A DNA stretch of 64,000 bases, taken from positions 544,001 to 608,000 of the forward strand of contig CAVSQW010000007.1 of the NCBI GenBank assembly GCA_963730185.1, read 5' to 3'. Made by a program: the position numbers and the translations under genes. Each line of letters begins with the position of its first letter. The stretch's first letter is position 1. The notes under the pieces are model-generated. The model saw nothing but the letters and a program-made list of their open reading frames with translations, was not told the origin of the DNA and did no database searches. This document shows positions 44,778 to 55,277 of this stretch, piece by piece. Origin of the DNA: an uncultured Gemmatimonadales bacterium. GTDB lineage: Bacteria; Gemmatimonadota; Gemmatimonadetes; Gemmatimonadales; GWC2-71-9.

Positions 44778-45568
44778 CAGCGGATCCCTCCCTTGGCTCT
44801 GAGCAGCTCGACCAGTCGCTCCGCGACCTCGCCGGTCTTGCCTTCGATCATCTCGGCGCCCGCGCCCGCGGGCGGCACGAAGTAGTCGCGTCGCGCCACC
44901 CGGGCGCCGGCGCTGCCCACCGTGCTCGGGTCGATCCCGAGGCCTTCCGCGCTCAGGACCGGAATCTCGACCGACGCCACTTTGCGAATCCCCCGAAGCC
45001 CCACGTAGCGCGGCTCGTTGATCCCGGTTTGAATCGAGAGCACGCAGGGAAGGTCGATCTCGCTGATTTCCTGACTGCCGCCTTCGACCTCTCGGCCGAC
45101 GCGCAGCACCGGGTCGGAGGTCATCTCGATCCGGTTGACCACCGAGGCATAGGGCCAGTCGAGCAGCGCCGCGAGCATCCCGCCAACCTGGGCGGCGCCA
45201 TCGTCGGCCTGGGCGCCGCACAGGACCAGGTCGTACCGACCCCTGGCCACGGCGGCCTGGAGGATCCGGGCGACCCCCAGCCCGTCGGAGCCCTGGAACG
45301 CCGAGTCGTTCAACATCAGTCCGGCGTTGGCGCCCATGGCCATCTCCCGCCGCACCACTTCGTCGCTGTTCTCGTCGCCCAGGGTCACCACGGTCACCGA
45401 GCCGCCGACCCGCTCGACGATCTGGATCGCCTCCTCGACGGCGTAGTTGTCCCATTCATTCACCGAGTACACCAGATCGTCGCGCTCGATGTCGGACCCG
45501 TCGCTCCGAATCGTGATCTCGTTTTCGGCCAGGTCGGGGACCCGCTTGACGCACACCAGAATCTCCAT
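44777..45568 (-). CDS. etfB: Electron transfer flavoprotein beta subunit
   Basis: ILVCVKRVPD, N.WD.YAVEEA, AMGA, G.QA.D, NEPRY. Confidence 0.93.
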   Translation of the reverse strand: MEILVCVKRVPDLAENEITIRSDGSDIERDDLVYSVNEWDNYAVEEAIQIVERVGGSVTVVTLGDENSDEVVRREMAMGANAGLMLNDSAFQGSDGLGVARILQAAVARGRYDLVLCGAQADDGAAQVGGMLAALLDWPYASVVNRIEMTSDPVLRVGREVEGGSQEISEIDLPCVLSIQTGINEPRYVGLRGIRKVASVEIPVLSAEGLGIDPSTVGSAGARVARRDYFVPPAGAGAEMIEGKTGEVAERLVELLRAKGGIR

Positions 45569-47661
45569 CAGCTCGCTTCCTCTCCAGTCGTCGGTCTGGC
45601 GCTGGCCGGCCGATCGAGGTGCCGGTCGACCAGTTCCGAAAGGTCGATCGCCGTCATCTTGCCCTCGAGGCCGGCCACCTTGATCGCGTCCTCGATGTTG
45701 ACCAGGCAGAAGGGGCAGGCGGTGACGATCGTGTCGGCCCCCGCCTCCTCCGCCATCCTGACCCGCACCACGCCCATGCGGGTCTCCTCGTCCGGCTCGT
45801 AGAACAGCATCAGCCCGCCGCCGCCGCAGCAGAACGAGCGGTCGCGGCAATTGCCGGTCATCTCGACCCGCTCGAGACCGGGGATCGCGTCGATCACCTG
45901 CCGGGGCGGGTCGTAGAGGCCGTTGTGCCGGCCGAGGTAGCAGGGATCGTGAAAGGCATAGGTCGAGCCGCCCGTCGCGGGCGTCAGCCGCAGCCGCCCT
46001 GCGTCGAGCGCGTCGGCGACGACCTCGCTCACGTGCTGCACGGGGGGCAAGGCGTCGTAGTCGTGGATGAGGGCGTTGTAGGCGTGGGGATCGTGGGTGA
46101 CGATTCGCTTTGGTCCGGCGGCCCGGATGGCCTCCGTGTTCTGCTCCCGGAGCGACTGGAACAGCATCTCCTCACCGAAGCGACGGACCTCGTGACCGCT
46201 GTCTCGCTCGTCTTTCCCCAGCACGCCGAAGTCGACGCCGGCAGCCGTCAACACTCGAGCGGTCGCCTGGGCCACCTTCTGCATCCGATCGTCGTACGAC
46301 GTGACGCTGTCGACGAAGTAGAGGGTCTCGGCCGACTCGCCCTCGTCGAAGAGCTTCACCCGACCGCCGTCCCCGACGCCGGCCACCCAGTCGGCCCGTT
46401 TCTTCTCCAGCTTGCCCCACGGGTTGCCCCGCTTCTCCAGCGCGGAGAGCGGCTTTTGGAGCGACTGGGGCACCTGACCCTCCTCCACCATGCCGCGACG
46501 GAGGTCGACGATCTTGTTGATGTACTCGATCGCCACCGGGCATTCCTGTTCGCAGGCGCCGCAGGTCGTGCAGGACCAGATCTCGGCTTCGGTGTAGATC
46601 CCGCCGATCAGCGCCGGCGACTCCGCCGACCCGGCGCCCCACGCCGGGTGGAGCCGATACCCCAGGTCGCGGGCCTTGATCGAGATGAACCGGGGCGAGA
46701 GGGGCCGCTTCACCCGGGTGGCCGGGCAGTGATCGGAACAGCGGCCGCAGTCCACGCACGAATAGAAGTCCAGCATGTCCTTCCAGGTAAAGTCGTCGTA
46801 CCGCTTGACGCCGAACGACGGCACGGAGTCCAGCTGGTCGGCCGGGATGCCGTAGCGAACCGGCTTCACGTTGCCGTGATCCAGGCGCATGAAGAACACG
46901 TTGAACAGCGAAGTGATCACGTGGAAGTGCTTGCCCAGGGGGAGCAGGCACAGGAAACCGAAGAAGGTGAGATCGTGAACCGCATAGGCGCCGAGGTGCA
47001 GGCGCTGCCAGGTCTCGGGCCCGGACCCCGCCAGAAGCTTGGCGAACGCCCAGCCCAACGTGCCCGCCGGCAGTCCCCGGCCGGCCTCACCCGCGAGAAC
47101 GGAGGTCGCTTCGAACAGCCCGTCGCTGAGGACCAGCGTGGCGATCAGGCCGAGCACCAGGATGGCCTCGGGCGTGTGGCCCGTGCCGTAGCGTTCCGGC
47201 ACGGCGTACCGGGCCGGCTGGAACGCCAGGCGCCGGAGGGCCAGGACCACCACCGCCAGGAGGACCGCGGTGGCGGCGTAGTCCTTGGTCACGCTGTAGA
47301 CGGCACCGAGCCCGCCACCGAGACCGGGCAGGGTGAATCCGTCGACGAAGCCCAAGATCATGAGCTGGGTCGAGCGCGCGGCCAGGACCAGGAAGCCGAA
47401 GAACACGACCATGTGGAGGAGCCCCGCCAGCGGATAGCGGGGATGCCGCCACTGCCCGAGCCAGAGCTCGAGCACGTTGAGGAGCCGGGCGGGAATCCGA
47501 TTCCATCGGTAATCCGGCGCGGCGCTCCGAAGCGGGGCGATCCGTCGCCAGATGATCCACCCGAACGTGCCGATCCCGATCAGGGGGATCGTCAGGAAGA
47601 TGACGCGGCCGGGGACCCCCCAGAATGACGCGGAGGCCGGAGACACCAAGGCGGCCTCCAT
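45568..47661 (-). CDS. Membrane Fe-S oxidoreductase (FadF/HdrD-like, CCG domains)
   Basis: TM domain with His residues; CxxCxxCxxxCP twice; HDPC.LGR, CCGGGG, CPFC. Confidence 0.9.
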   Translation of the reverse strand: MEAALVSPASASFWGVPGRVIFLTIPLIGIGTFGWIIWRRIAPLRSAAPDYRWNRIPARLLNVLELWLGQWRHPRYPLAGLLHMVVFFGFLVLAARSTQLMILGFVDGFTLPGLGGGLGAVYSVTKDYAATAVLLAVVVLALRRLAFQPARYAVPERYGTGHTPEAILVLGLIATLVLSDGLFEATSVLAGEAGRGLPAGTLGWAFAKLLAGSGPETWQRLHLGAYAVHDLTFFGFLCLLPLGKHFHVITSLFNVFFMRLDHGNVKPVRYGIPADQLDSVPSFGVKRYDDFTWKDMLDFYSCVDCGRCSDHCPATRVKRPLSPRFISIKARDLGYRLHPAWGAGSAESPALIGGIYTEAEIWSCTTCGACEQECPVAIEYINKIVDLRRGMVEEGQVPQSLQKPLSALEKRGNPWGKLEKKRADWVAGVGDGGRVKLFDEGESAETLYFVDSVTSYDDRMQKVAQATARVLTAAGVDFGVLGKDERDSGHEVRRFGEEMLFQSLREQNTEAIRAAGPKRIVTHDPHAYNALIHDYDALPPVQHVSEVVADALDAGRLRLTPATGGSTYAFHDPCYLGRHNGLYDPPRQVIDAIPGLERVEMTGNCRDRSFCCGGGGLMLFYEPDEETRMGVVRVRMAEEAGADTIVTACPFCLVNIEDAIKVAGLEGKMTAIDLSELVDRHLDRPASARPTTGEEAS

Positions 47662-47662
47662 G

Positions 47663-49480
47663 CTACTTCCCGCCGAAGGCGTCCTCGGGAATGTCGACCG
47701 CGGCGCTGCTGCCGGCCAGGATCGCCTTCATCTTCCCAAAGGTGACCGGCAGAATCGTGTCGGCGAAGAACTCGAGGCTCTTGATCTGGCCCTCGTAGAA
47801 GGGAACGTCCTTGTCCTTCGCCCCGGCCGCCAGCTTCTCCGCGGCCACCCGAGCCCGCCAGAGGAGCATCCAAGCGGTCACCACGTCTCCACACACCTCG
47901 AGGAAGGGGTGTGCAAAGGCGAACGCGGTCATCACCTGGTCCGACATCGCGGTGGCGCCCATGTGCAGGGCGACTTCGCCCAGCTTCTGAGCCATCCTCT
48001 CGACCGTCGCGGCCTGGGCGGAGACGCGGGCGACCGCCTTCGCGGCGTTCACCTCGGACTGGATCTCGGCGAAGAGGTCCCGGATCGGGCGGCCGCCGTC
48101 CTGGCCCAGCTTCCGGCCGAGGAGATCCATCGCCTGGATTCCGTTGGTCCCCTCGTAGATCGGCGTGATCCGGACGTCGCGGTAGAGTTGCTCCATCGGG
48201 TATTCGCGGATGTACCCGTAGCCTCCATAGACCTGCACGCCGAGGCTGCACACCTCGCAGGCCCGGTCGGTGGCGTAGGCTTTGGCGATCGGGATCAGGA
48301 AGTCGATCATCCCCTGATAGCGGGACTTGGCGCCTTCGTCTGACTCGATCGCGAGACGGTCCATCAGATAGCCGACGTAGAAGAGCAGGCTCCGCATCCC
48401 TTCGACGTGGACCTTCATCAACATCAGCATCCGGCGGACGTCGGGGTGCTGGATGATCGGCACCGGCGGGGCGCTCTTGTCGCGGCTCTTGAGCAGGTGG
48501 CGGCCCTGGACCCGTTCCCGGGCGTAGTTCACGGCGTACAGGTAGGCCGGGCTGGCGCAGGCCAGGCCCTGGAAGCCGACATCGAGGCGGGCCTCGTTCA
48601 TCATCACGAACATCTCGCTCATGCCCTTGTTGGCTTCGCCCAAGAGCACGCCTCGGCACTTGCCCTTGCTCCCGAGAGCGATCGCGCAGGTAGCGCTCCC
48701 GTGGATCCCCATCTTTTCTTCGATGCCGGTGCAGACGACGTCGTTCGGCTCACCCAGGCTGCCGTCGTCGTTGACCCAGATCTTGGGCACCAGGAAGAGG
48801 GAGATCCCCGCGGTGCCCGGCGGCGCACCCTCGATCCGTGCCAGCACCGGGTGGACGATGTTCTCGGCCAGGTCGTGCTCGCCGGAGGTGATGAAGATCT
48901 TGTTGCCGGTGATCGAATAGGTGCCGTCGCCGTTGGGGCTTGCGGCGGTGGTGACTGCCCCGACGTCGGACCCGGCCTGCGGCTCCGTCAGCTGCATGGT
49001 CCCGGTCCAGCGGCCGGTGAACAGGTTCCGGACGAAGAGCTTGCGCTGCTGCTCCGTGCCGAAGGTCTCGATCAGCCGGGCGGCGCCGTGACTCAGGCCC
49101 GAGTACATCACGAAGGCGAAATTGGCGCCAAGGAGATAGTTGCCGGCCGCCATGGCGATCACGTGGGGCATGCCCTGCCCGCCCCAATCGGGGTCGTCCG
49201 TCATGGCCAGCCAGCCGCCCTCCGTGTAGGCCTCCCACGCCTTGTGGAAGGACTCGGGCACGGTCACGCGGCCGCCGTCGAACCGGGCGCCCACCCGGTC
49301 GCCCTCTTGGCGGGTGGGTAGGATCTCCTTGATCGCGAGCGTCCGGGCTTCGGACACGATCAGGTCCACCGCCTTGCGATTGAACTCGGCGAAGCGCTCT
49401 GCCTTGGTGAGCGGCGCCAGATCGAGCAGCTCGTGGAGGACGAAGTCGATATCCCTGCGATCGGCAATCAGCTGTGCCAT
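47663..49480 (-). CDS. Acyl-CoA dehydrogenase
   Basis: LTEPQAGSD, G.KIFIT.G, KMGIHGS, GG.GY..EY, IYEGTNGIQ. Confidence 0.95.
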   Translation of the reverse strand: MAQLIADRRDIDFVLHELLDLAPLTKAERFAEFNRKAVDLIVSEARTLAIKEILPTRQEGDRVGARFDGGRVTVPESFHKAWEAYTEGGWLAMTDDPDWGGQGMPHVIAMAAGNYLLGANFAFVMYSGLSHGAARLIETFGTEQQRKLFVRNLFTGRWTGTMQLTEPQAGSDVGAVTTAASPNGDGTYSITGNKIFITSGEHDLAENIVHPVLARIEGAPPGTAGISLFLVPKIWVNDDGSLGEPNDVVCTGIEEKMGIHGSATCAIALGSKGKCRGVLLGEANKGMSEMFVMMNEARLDVGFQGLACASPAYLYAVNYARERVQGRHLLKSRDKSAPPVPIIQHPDVRRMLMLMKVHVEGMRSLLFYVGYLMDRLAIESDEGAKSRYQGMIDFLIPIAKAYATDRACEVCSLGVQVYGGYGYIREYPMEQLYRDVRITPIYEGTNGIQAMDLLGRKLGQDGGRPIRDLFAEIQSEVNAAKAVARVSAQAATVERMAQKLGEVALHMGATAMSDQVMTAFAFAHPFLEVCGDVVTAWMLLWRARVAAEKLAAGAKDKDVPFYEGQIKSLEFFADTILPVTFGKMKAILAGSSAAVDIPEDAFGGK

Positions 49481-49924
49481 GGCGAATCCGCAACGGTTTG
49501 GGTGGCTGGAGCGCCTGGGAGCAACCTTTCCCAGGAAACGTGAAGCTGGCATGAACCGGGAGTGAGGCTGGCACCGCTCGGGCTTCCAAACGCCGTCGTC
49601 CCCGATCAGTACAGGAGGGCCAGGCTCGACCCGTCAGCCGACCGGGGCATCGAAGTACAGCCGCTGGAACTGGCCCGAGTCCGTCGTCGGGGAGAGCGAC
49701 GGGACGATCCGGGGCGCCCGCCGTCCCCTCCCGGAGCTTGCATCGAGGGCTATCTTTAGACGACCTCCAGGCACCCTTCCGCCGTCAGCGCGCGCTGACA
49801 GCCCGGCAACGGTCCCGATCGCTGGAACCGCCCGGCATTCTTGGTCTCATTCAGAACGGCGACGTCTTATTCCTCCAGACACCATTCCGCGCGACCGCTT
49901 TCGGGTCTCCGACCGGCCCGCGGC

Positions 49925-52591
49925 ATGACCGTCACCGAGCGTCTCTCGCGAGCTCTCGAAGCTCGCTACCGGATCGAGCGCGAGCTGGGCCAGGGCGGGA
50001 TGGCCACCGTCTATCTGGCCCACGATCTCAAGCACGACCGCGACGTCGCCATCAAGGTGCTCCATCCCGATCTCGGGGCGGCCCTCGGAAGCGAGCGGTT
50101 CCTCTCGGAGATCCGGACCACCGCGCGGCTCCAGCACCCCCACATCCTGCCGCTCCTCGACAGTGGCGAGGCCGACGGCCTGCTCTATTACGTGATGCCG
50201 CTGGTGACGGGCGAGACCCTCCGGGCCCGGCTGGACCGCGAGCAGCAGCTGCCGATCGAGGACGCTCTCCAGATCGCGCGCGAGGTCGCCGACGCCCTGG
50301 GTTACGCCCACGGCCTCGGCGTGATCCACCGCGACATCAAGCCCGGGAACATCCTCCTCCAGGACGGCCATGCCTCGGTGGCCGACTTCGGGATTGCCCT
50401 CGCGGTCCAGACCGCCGGCGGCCAGCGGATGACCCAGACGGGCCTGAGCCTCGGCACCCCGCAGTACATGTCGCCCGAGCAAGCGATGGGAGAGCGCGCC
50501 ATCGACGGCCGGAGCGACATCTACGCACTCGGGGCCGTGACTTACGAGATGCTGGCGGGGGAGCCGCCCTTCACCGGGCCCACGGTCCAGGCGATCGTGG
50601 CGCGCCTCTTGTCGGAGGAGCCGAGGAGCCTCGGCGCTCAGCGGAAGTCGGTGCCCGGGCAGGTCGAGCACGCGGTCCGGCGGGCCCTCGAGAAGCTGCC
50701 GGCCGATCGCTGGACCACGGCCCCCGAGTTTGCCGCCGCGCTGGTATCGCCGGGGGCGGCGACCCCGGCGGGAGGCGTCCGCTACCCGGGGGCCCACCCG
50801 AGGAGCTGGCGGGACCGGCTTCGCGATCCCGTCGTCCTGGCGCTGGGAGCCCTGACGGTCGCCAGCATCCTGTTCGCCGGTTGGGCCCGAGCCGGGCGCT
50901 CGGCCGAGCCGGCCGCGCCCGTGGTTCGGTTCTCGATTCCCGCCGCCAAGAGCTCCTCCTTCGGGGCGCTCGGCCTCAACACCCTGGGGATCTCGGCGGA
51001 CGGGAAGCAGCTGGTGTACGTCGGCCAAGGCGCGAACGGGCGCCAGCAACTGATGCTCAGGCCGATCGACGCCGTCGATGCCCGGCCGGTCGAGGGTTCC
51101 GGAGACGGGAACTCGCCGGTCATCTCCCCCGACGGCAAGTGGATCGCCTACACCAACGGACCGGGGCTCTTCAGGGTGCCGGTCACCGGCGGCCGCCCGC
51201 AGGCGCTGAAGCAGGTCACCGGCACCTTCAATGGGATGAGCTGGTCGTCCACCGCGGGTCTCGTGGTCTCGGGTAACACGGCGCTCTACCTCGTTCCGGA
51301 GACCGGCGGCGAGCCTCGGGTGCTGACCCGGGCCGACAGCTCGCGCGACGAGCTGTTTCAGGACGCGCCAGCGGTCGTGGATGCGGCCGGAATCGTGCTG
51401 TACTCGAGCTGGGGCCCCGCGGGCATCGCCGGCGCCCGGATCGCCGTCGCCCCGCTCGCCGGCGGAGAGACGACGATTCTCGACCTCCTCGGGACCCACC
51501 CGCTCGGGATCGTCGACGGCAACCTGGTCTACGTCACGGCCGGCGGCGCCCTGATGGCGGTGCCCTTCGACGTCGCGAAGCGCCGGACGACCGGCGAGCC
51601 GGTCCAGCTGGCGAGCGATCTCTCGGTTAACAGCACGTCGGGGCTGGCCCGGGCCGCCCTGTCGGCGACCGGCACGCTCTTCTATCAGAGCGGGAGCCAG
51701 GTGTCCCGTGTCGTCCTCGCCGGCGTCCACGGCGACATCCGGGCCTTGTTGGACGAGCCCGAGGAGTACGGGTTTCCGCGGCTCTCACCCGACGCCGGGC
51801 GACTGGCCGTCACCCGGGGGAACTCGGGCCATCGCGACATCTGGGTCTACGAGCTGAGCTCGGGGATCCCGACCCGGCTCACCACCCAAGGCTCGACCAA
51901 CGAGCGTCCGGAGTGGACGCCGGACGGAAAGCGGGTCCTGTTCCGGAGCGATCGGAATCAGCGAGGGCGCTCGGAAATCTGGTGGCGGCCGGCGGATCTC
52001 AGCGCCCCCGAGTCGCTGTTGCAGGGCGGCGCCCGGCTGGACGTGTACGAGGCGGTCTTCTCGCCCGACGGCCGGTATCTCGTCGTCCAGATCGACACCT
52101 CGGGCGCGGATCTCTACTACCGCGCGCTCACCGGCGACACCGCGCTCAAGGTCATCGCCGCGACCCCGGCCATCGAGTCGATGCCCCGGGTCTCGCCCGA
52201 TGGGCGGTGGATCGCCTTCGTCACCAACGAATCCGGGTCCAACCAGGTCGTGGTGCAGCCGTTTCCGGGGCCCGGCGGCCGCACCCAGGTGTCCGGCAAC
52301 GGGGGGACCGAGCCGGTGTGGTCGCGCGACGGGAAGCGGCTGTTCTATCGGGGCGACGCCAAGCTGATGGCGGCCACGGTGCGCACCGAGCCCGCCTTCG
52401 CGGTCGTCGCGCGCGACACCGTGTTCGCGGACCGCTACCTCTTCGCGAACAATCCCCACGCCAACTACGACGTGATGCCGGACGGCGAGCACTTCGTGAT
52501 GCTCGAGTCGGCCGGCGAGGGGGTGCTGACCGTGGTGGTGAACTTCCGGGAGGCGCTCCGGGCGCGGATGGCGGGGAGCGGGGAACAATGA
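49925..52591 (+). CDS. Ser/Thr kinase-TM-TolB-like (PD40) beta-propeller, array member 1
   Basis: GQGGMATVY, VAIK, HRDIKPGN, DFG; TM helix; repeated SPDG blades. Confidence 0.92.
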   Translation: MTVTERLSRALEARYRIERELGQGGMATVYLAHDLKHDRDVAIKVLHPDLGAALGSERFLSEIRTTARLQHPHILPLLDSGEADGLLYYVMPLVTGETLRARLDREQQLPIEDALQIAREVADALGYAHGLGVIHRDIKPGNILLQDGHASVADFGIALAVQTAGGQRMTQTGLSLGTPQYMSPEQAMGERAIDGRSDIYALGAVTYEMLAGEPPFTGPTVQAIVARLLSEEPRSLGAQRKSVPGQVEHAVRRALEKLPADRWTTAPEFAAALVSPGAATPAGGVRYPGAHPRSWRDRLRDPVVLALGALTVASILFAGWARAGRSAEPAAPVVRFSIPAAKSSSFGALGLNTLGISADGKQLVYVGQGANGRQQLMLRPIDAVDARPVEGSGDGNSPVISPDGKWIAYTNGPGLFRVPVTGGRPQALKQVTGTFNGMSWSSTAGLVVSGNTALYLVPETGGEPRVLTRADSSRDELFQDAPAVVDAAGIVLYSSWGPAGIAGARIAVAPLAGGETTILDLLGTHPLGIVDGNLVYVTAGGALMAVPFDVAKRRTTGEPVQLASDLSVNSTSGLARAALSATGTLFYQSGSQVSRVVLAGVHGDIRALLDEPEEYGFPRLSPDAGRLAVTRGNSGHRDIWVYELSSGIPTRLTTQGSTNERPEWTPDGKRVLFRSDRNQRGRSEIWWRPADLSAPESLLQGGARLDVYEAVFSPDGRYLVVQIDTSGADLYYRALTGDTALKVIAATPAIESMPRVSPDGRWIAFVTNESGSNQVVVQPFPGPGGRTQVSGNGGTEPVWSRDGKRLFYRGDAKLMAATVRTEPAFAVVARDTVFADRYLFANNPHANYDVMPDGEHFVMLESAGEGVLTVVVNFREALRARMAGSGEQ

Positions 52592-52601
52592 GGTGCGGGC
52601 C

Positions 52602-55277
52602 ATGAGCGACGGCATCCGTCGGCTCACGGCCGCCCTCGCGGACCGGTACACCATCGAGCGGGAGCTCGGGGCCGGCGGCATGGCGACGGTCTATCTCGCC
52701 GAGGACCTGAGGCACGAGCGCCAGGTTGCGATCAAGGTTCTCAAGCCCGAGCTCGCCGCGGTGCTCGGCGCCGAGCGGTTCGTGCAGGAGATCAAGACCA
52801 CCGCGTCGTTGCAGCATCCGCACATCCTGCCGCTCTTCGATTCGGGCGCCGCCGACGGGTTCCTCTTCTACGTGATGCCGTTCATCGACGGCGAGACGCT
52901 CCGCGCCAAGCTCGACCGCGAGACCCAGCTCGGCGTCGACGAGGCGATCCGGATCACGTGCGAGGTTGCCGACGCGCTGGACTACGCCCACGGGAAGGGG
53001 GTCGTCCACCGCGACATCAAGCCCGAGAACATCCTGCTCGCCAACGGGCGTCCGATGGTAGCCGATTTCGGCATCGCACTGGCGGTCTCCGCGGCGGCGG
53101 GCGGGCGGATGACGGAGACCGGCCTCTCGCTCGGCACGCCGCACTACATGAGTCCCGAGCAGGCGACGGCGGACAAGGAGATCACCGGGCGGAGCGACAT
53201 CTACTCGCTGGCGAGTGTGCTCTACGAGCTGCTCACCGGCGACCCGCCCCATACCGGCTCCTCGGCGCAGCAGATCATCATGAAGATCGTGGCCGAAGAG
53301 GCGGCGCCGGTCACCAAGGTCCGCAAGAGCGTGCCACCCAACGTGGTCGCGGCGCTCTCCCAAGCGCTGGAGAAGGTGCCGGCCGACCGGTTTCGGACCG
53401 CGCTGGAATTCGCGGACGCCCTGGGGAACCCCAACTTCACCACGACGCGGCACCAGGCCGCCGCTCCCGCTGCCGCCTCCCGTCGGAACGCTCTGCTCCT
53501 CGGCGTGGTCGCCGTCGTGGCAGGGTCGGCGGGGGTGTTCGCCGGCCGCGCCCTGGCCGGCTCTGGCGGTGCCAACGCATCCGACGATCCGGTGCATGCG
53601 GCGCTCCCGCTGGGGGACAGCGTCGTCCTCCGCCCGATCAACAACGCCTCCCTGGCCATCTCGCCCGACGGCCGGCGGGTGGCGTTCGTCGGCGTCAACG
53701 GCGCCTCGTCGGGCCTTTGGGTCCGCGAGCTGGGGTCCGACCACGCGGTGAGTCTGCCCGGCACGAACGGTGGAGAGGCGCCGTTCTTCTCTCCCGACGG
53801 GCAGACGGTCGCCTTCCTCCGCAGCACCGGGAGCGGCGCCGATGTCCTGACGACGCCGGCGAGCGGCGGCTCGGTCCAGACCATCGTGAAGGCGGCCGCC
53901 TCAGGCTATGGCGCCTCCTGGGGCGACGACGGCTACATCTACTACTCCGACCGGGGCGCGTCCCTGGCCCGGGTTCCCGCAATCGGTGGCAACTCCGAGG
54001 TGGTCGCCACCGCCGACACCGCGCGGGGCATTCACGAGACCGACTACCCCGATGTCCTCCCGGGCTCCCGGTACGCCGTCGTGCAGCTGTACAAGGGGGC
54101 GGTCGAGGTCAGTTCGGTGGGCCTGATCGACCTCGCGACCGGGGCGACTCGCGAGCTGGCGCCGGCGACGTACGCGCGTTACGTGGACCCGGGAATTCTC
54201 GCCTTCGCGAACGCCGCCGGCGAGATCAGCGTCATGCGCTTCGATCCCGGCAAGGGCGTGCTGCTCGATCCGACGCCCACGCTGGTGCTGTCGGGGGTGC
54301 AGCGGGAGAACAGCAACGGCACCGTGGCCTTCGCGGTGGCCCGTAATGGGACGTTGGTCTACATCGCCGGCCGGAGCGGCGGCGACCGGCTCGTCCGGGT
54401 GACCATGGACGGCACGATCGCGCCGGTGGATTCCTCCCTCAACGGCTCCTTCAGCGCGGCGGCGCTGTCGCCGGATGGACGGAGCGTGGCCCTGTCGCGC
54501 AACGACGCCGGCGCCGAGGGCGTTTGGATCAAGCAGCTCCCGAAGGGCGCGTTGACCCGGCTCACGGGCGACGAGCCGGGCGCCGATCGTCCGGCCTGGA
54601 CTCCCGACGGCCGATCGGTGGCATTCCTCGCCATTCGGGGCGGCCGCCGCGCGGTGTGGATCCGGCGGGCCGACGGCAGCGATCCGTCCGCTCGCCCGCT
54701 CTCGCCGCCGGGCCTCGAGCTCGACGAGGTCGCCTTCGACCCGCGGGGACGCTTCGTCGTCTTCCGGACCTACGGCTCCGCCAGCGGGTCGCGGCACCTG
54801 ATGGTCATGCCGTCGAGCGGGGACAGTGCGCCCCGCCTGCTGATCGCGTCGGCCTTCGATCACTACGCGCCGGCCGTCTCGCCCGACGGGCACTGGATCG
54901 CGTACGTCTCCGAGGAGTCCGGCCGGGCGGAGGTGCTGGTGCGGCCGTTTCCCAACGCGGACTCGGCCCGCATCGCGGTCTCGGTCGGGGGCGGGTACGG
55001 GCCGGCGTGGGCCAAGGACGGGCACACCCTCTACTATCGGGACCCTCGCGGTGCGATGATGGCGGTGGAGATCCGGACCACGCCGGCTTTCTCCCACGGT
55101 ACCCCGCGCACCCTCTTCTTCGACCCGGGCCTGTTGTCGAGCCAGTACCATCGAAGCTACGACGTAGCCCCCGACGGCACGGGCTTTCTGATGATCGAGG
55201 CGCAGCAGCAGGCGAACGCCCAGATCAGGGTGGTCCTCGGATGGAGGCAGCAAATCGAGCGGGCGGCGGCACGATGA
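52602..55277 (+). CDS. Ser/Thr kinase-TM-beta-propeller, array member 2
   Basis: Intact kinase motifs, TM helix, SPDG repeats. Confidence 0.92.
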   Translation: MSDGIRRLTAALADRYTIERELGAGGMATVYLAEDLRHERQVAIKVLKPELAAVLGAERFVQEIKTTASLQHPHILPLFDSGAADGFLFYVMPFIDGETLRAKLDRETQLGVDEAIRITCEVADALDYAHGKGVVHRDIKPENILLANGRPMVADFGIALAVSAAAGGRMTETGLSLGTPHYMSPEQATADKEITGRSDIYSLASVLYELLTGDPPHTGSSAQQIIMKIVAEEAAPVTKVRKSVPPNVVAALSQALEKVPADRFRTALEFADALGNPNFTTTRHQAAAPAAASRRNALLLGVVAVVAGSAGVFAGRALAGSGGANASDDPVHAALPLGDSVVLRPINNASLAISPDGRRVAFVGVNGASSGLWVRELGSDHAVSLPGTNGGEAPFFSPDGQTVAFLRSTGSGADVLTTPASGGSVQTIVKAAASGYGASWGDDGYIYYSDRGASLARVPAIGGNSEVVATADTARGIHETDYPDVLPGSRYAVVQLYKGAVEVSSVGLIDLATGATRELAPATYARYVDPGILAFANAAGEISVMRFDPGKGVLLDPTPTLVLSGVQRENSNGTVAFAVARNGTLVYIAGRSGGDRLVRVTMDGTIAPVDSSLNGSFSAAALSPDGRSVALSRNDAGAEGVWIKQLPKGALTRLTGDEPGADRPAWTPDGRSVAFLAIRGGRRAVWIRRADGSDPSARPLSPPGLELDEVAFDPRGRFVVFRTYGSASGSRHLMVMPSSGDSAPRLLIASAFDHYAPAVSPDGHWIAYVSEESGRAEVLVRPFPNADSARIAVSVGGGYGPAWAKDGHTLYYRDPRGAMMAVEIRTTPAFSHGTPRTLFFDPGLLSSQYHRSYDVAPDGTGFLMIEAQQQANAQIRVVLGWRQQIERAAAR

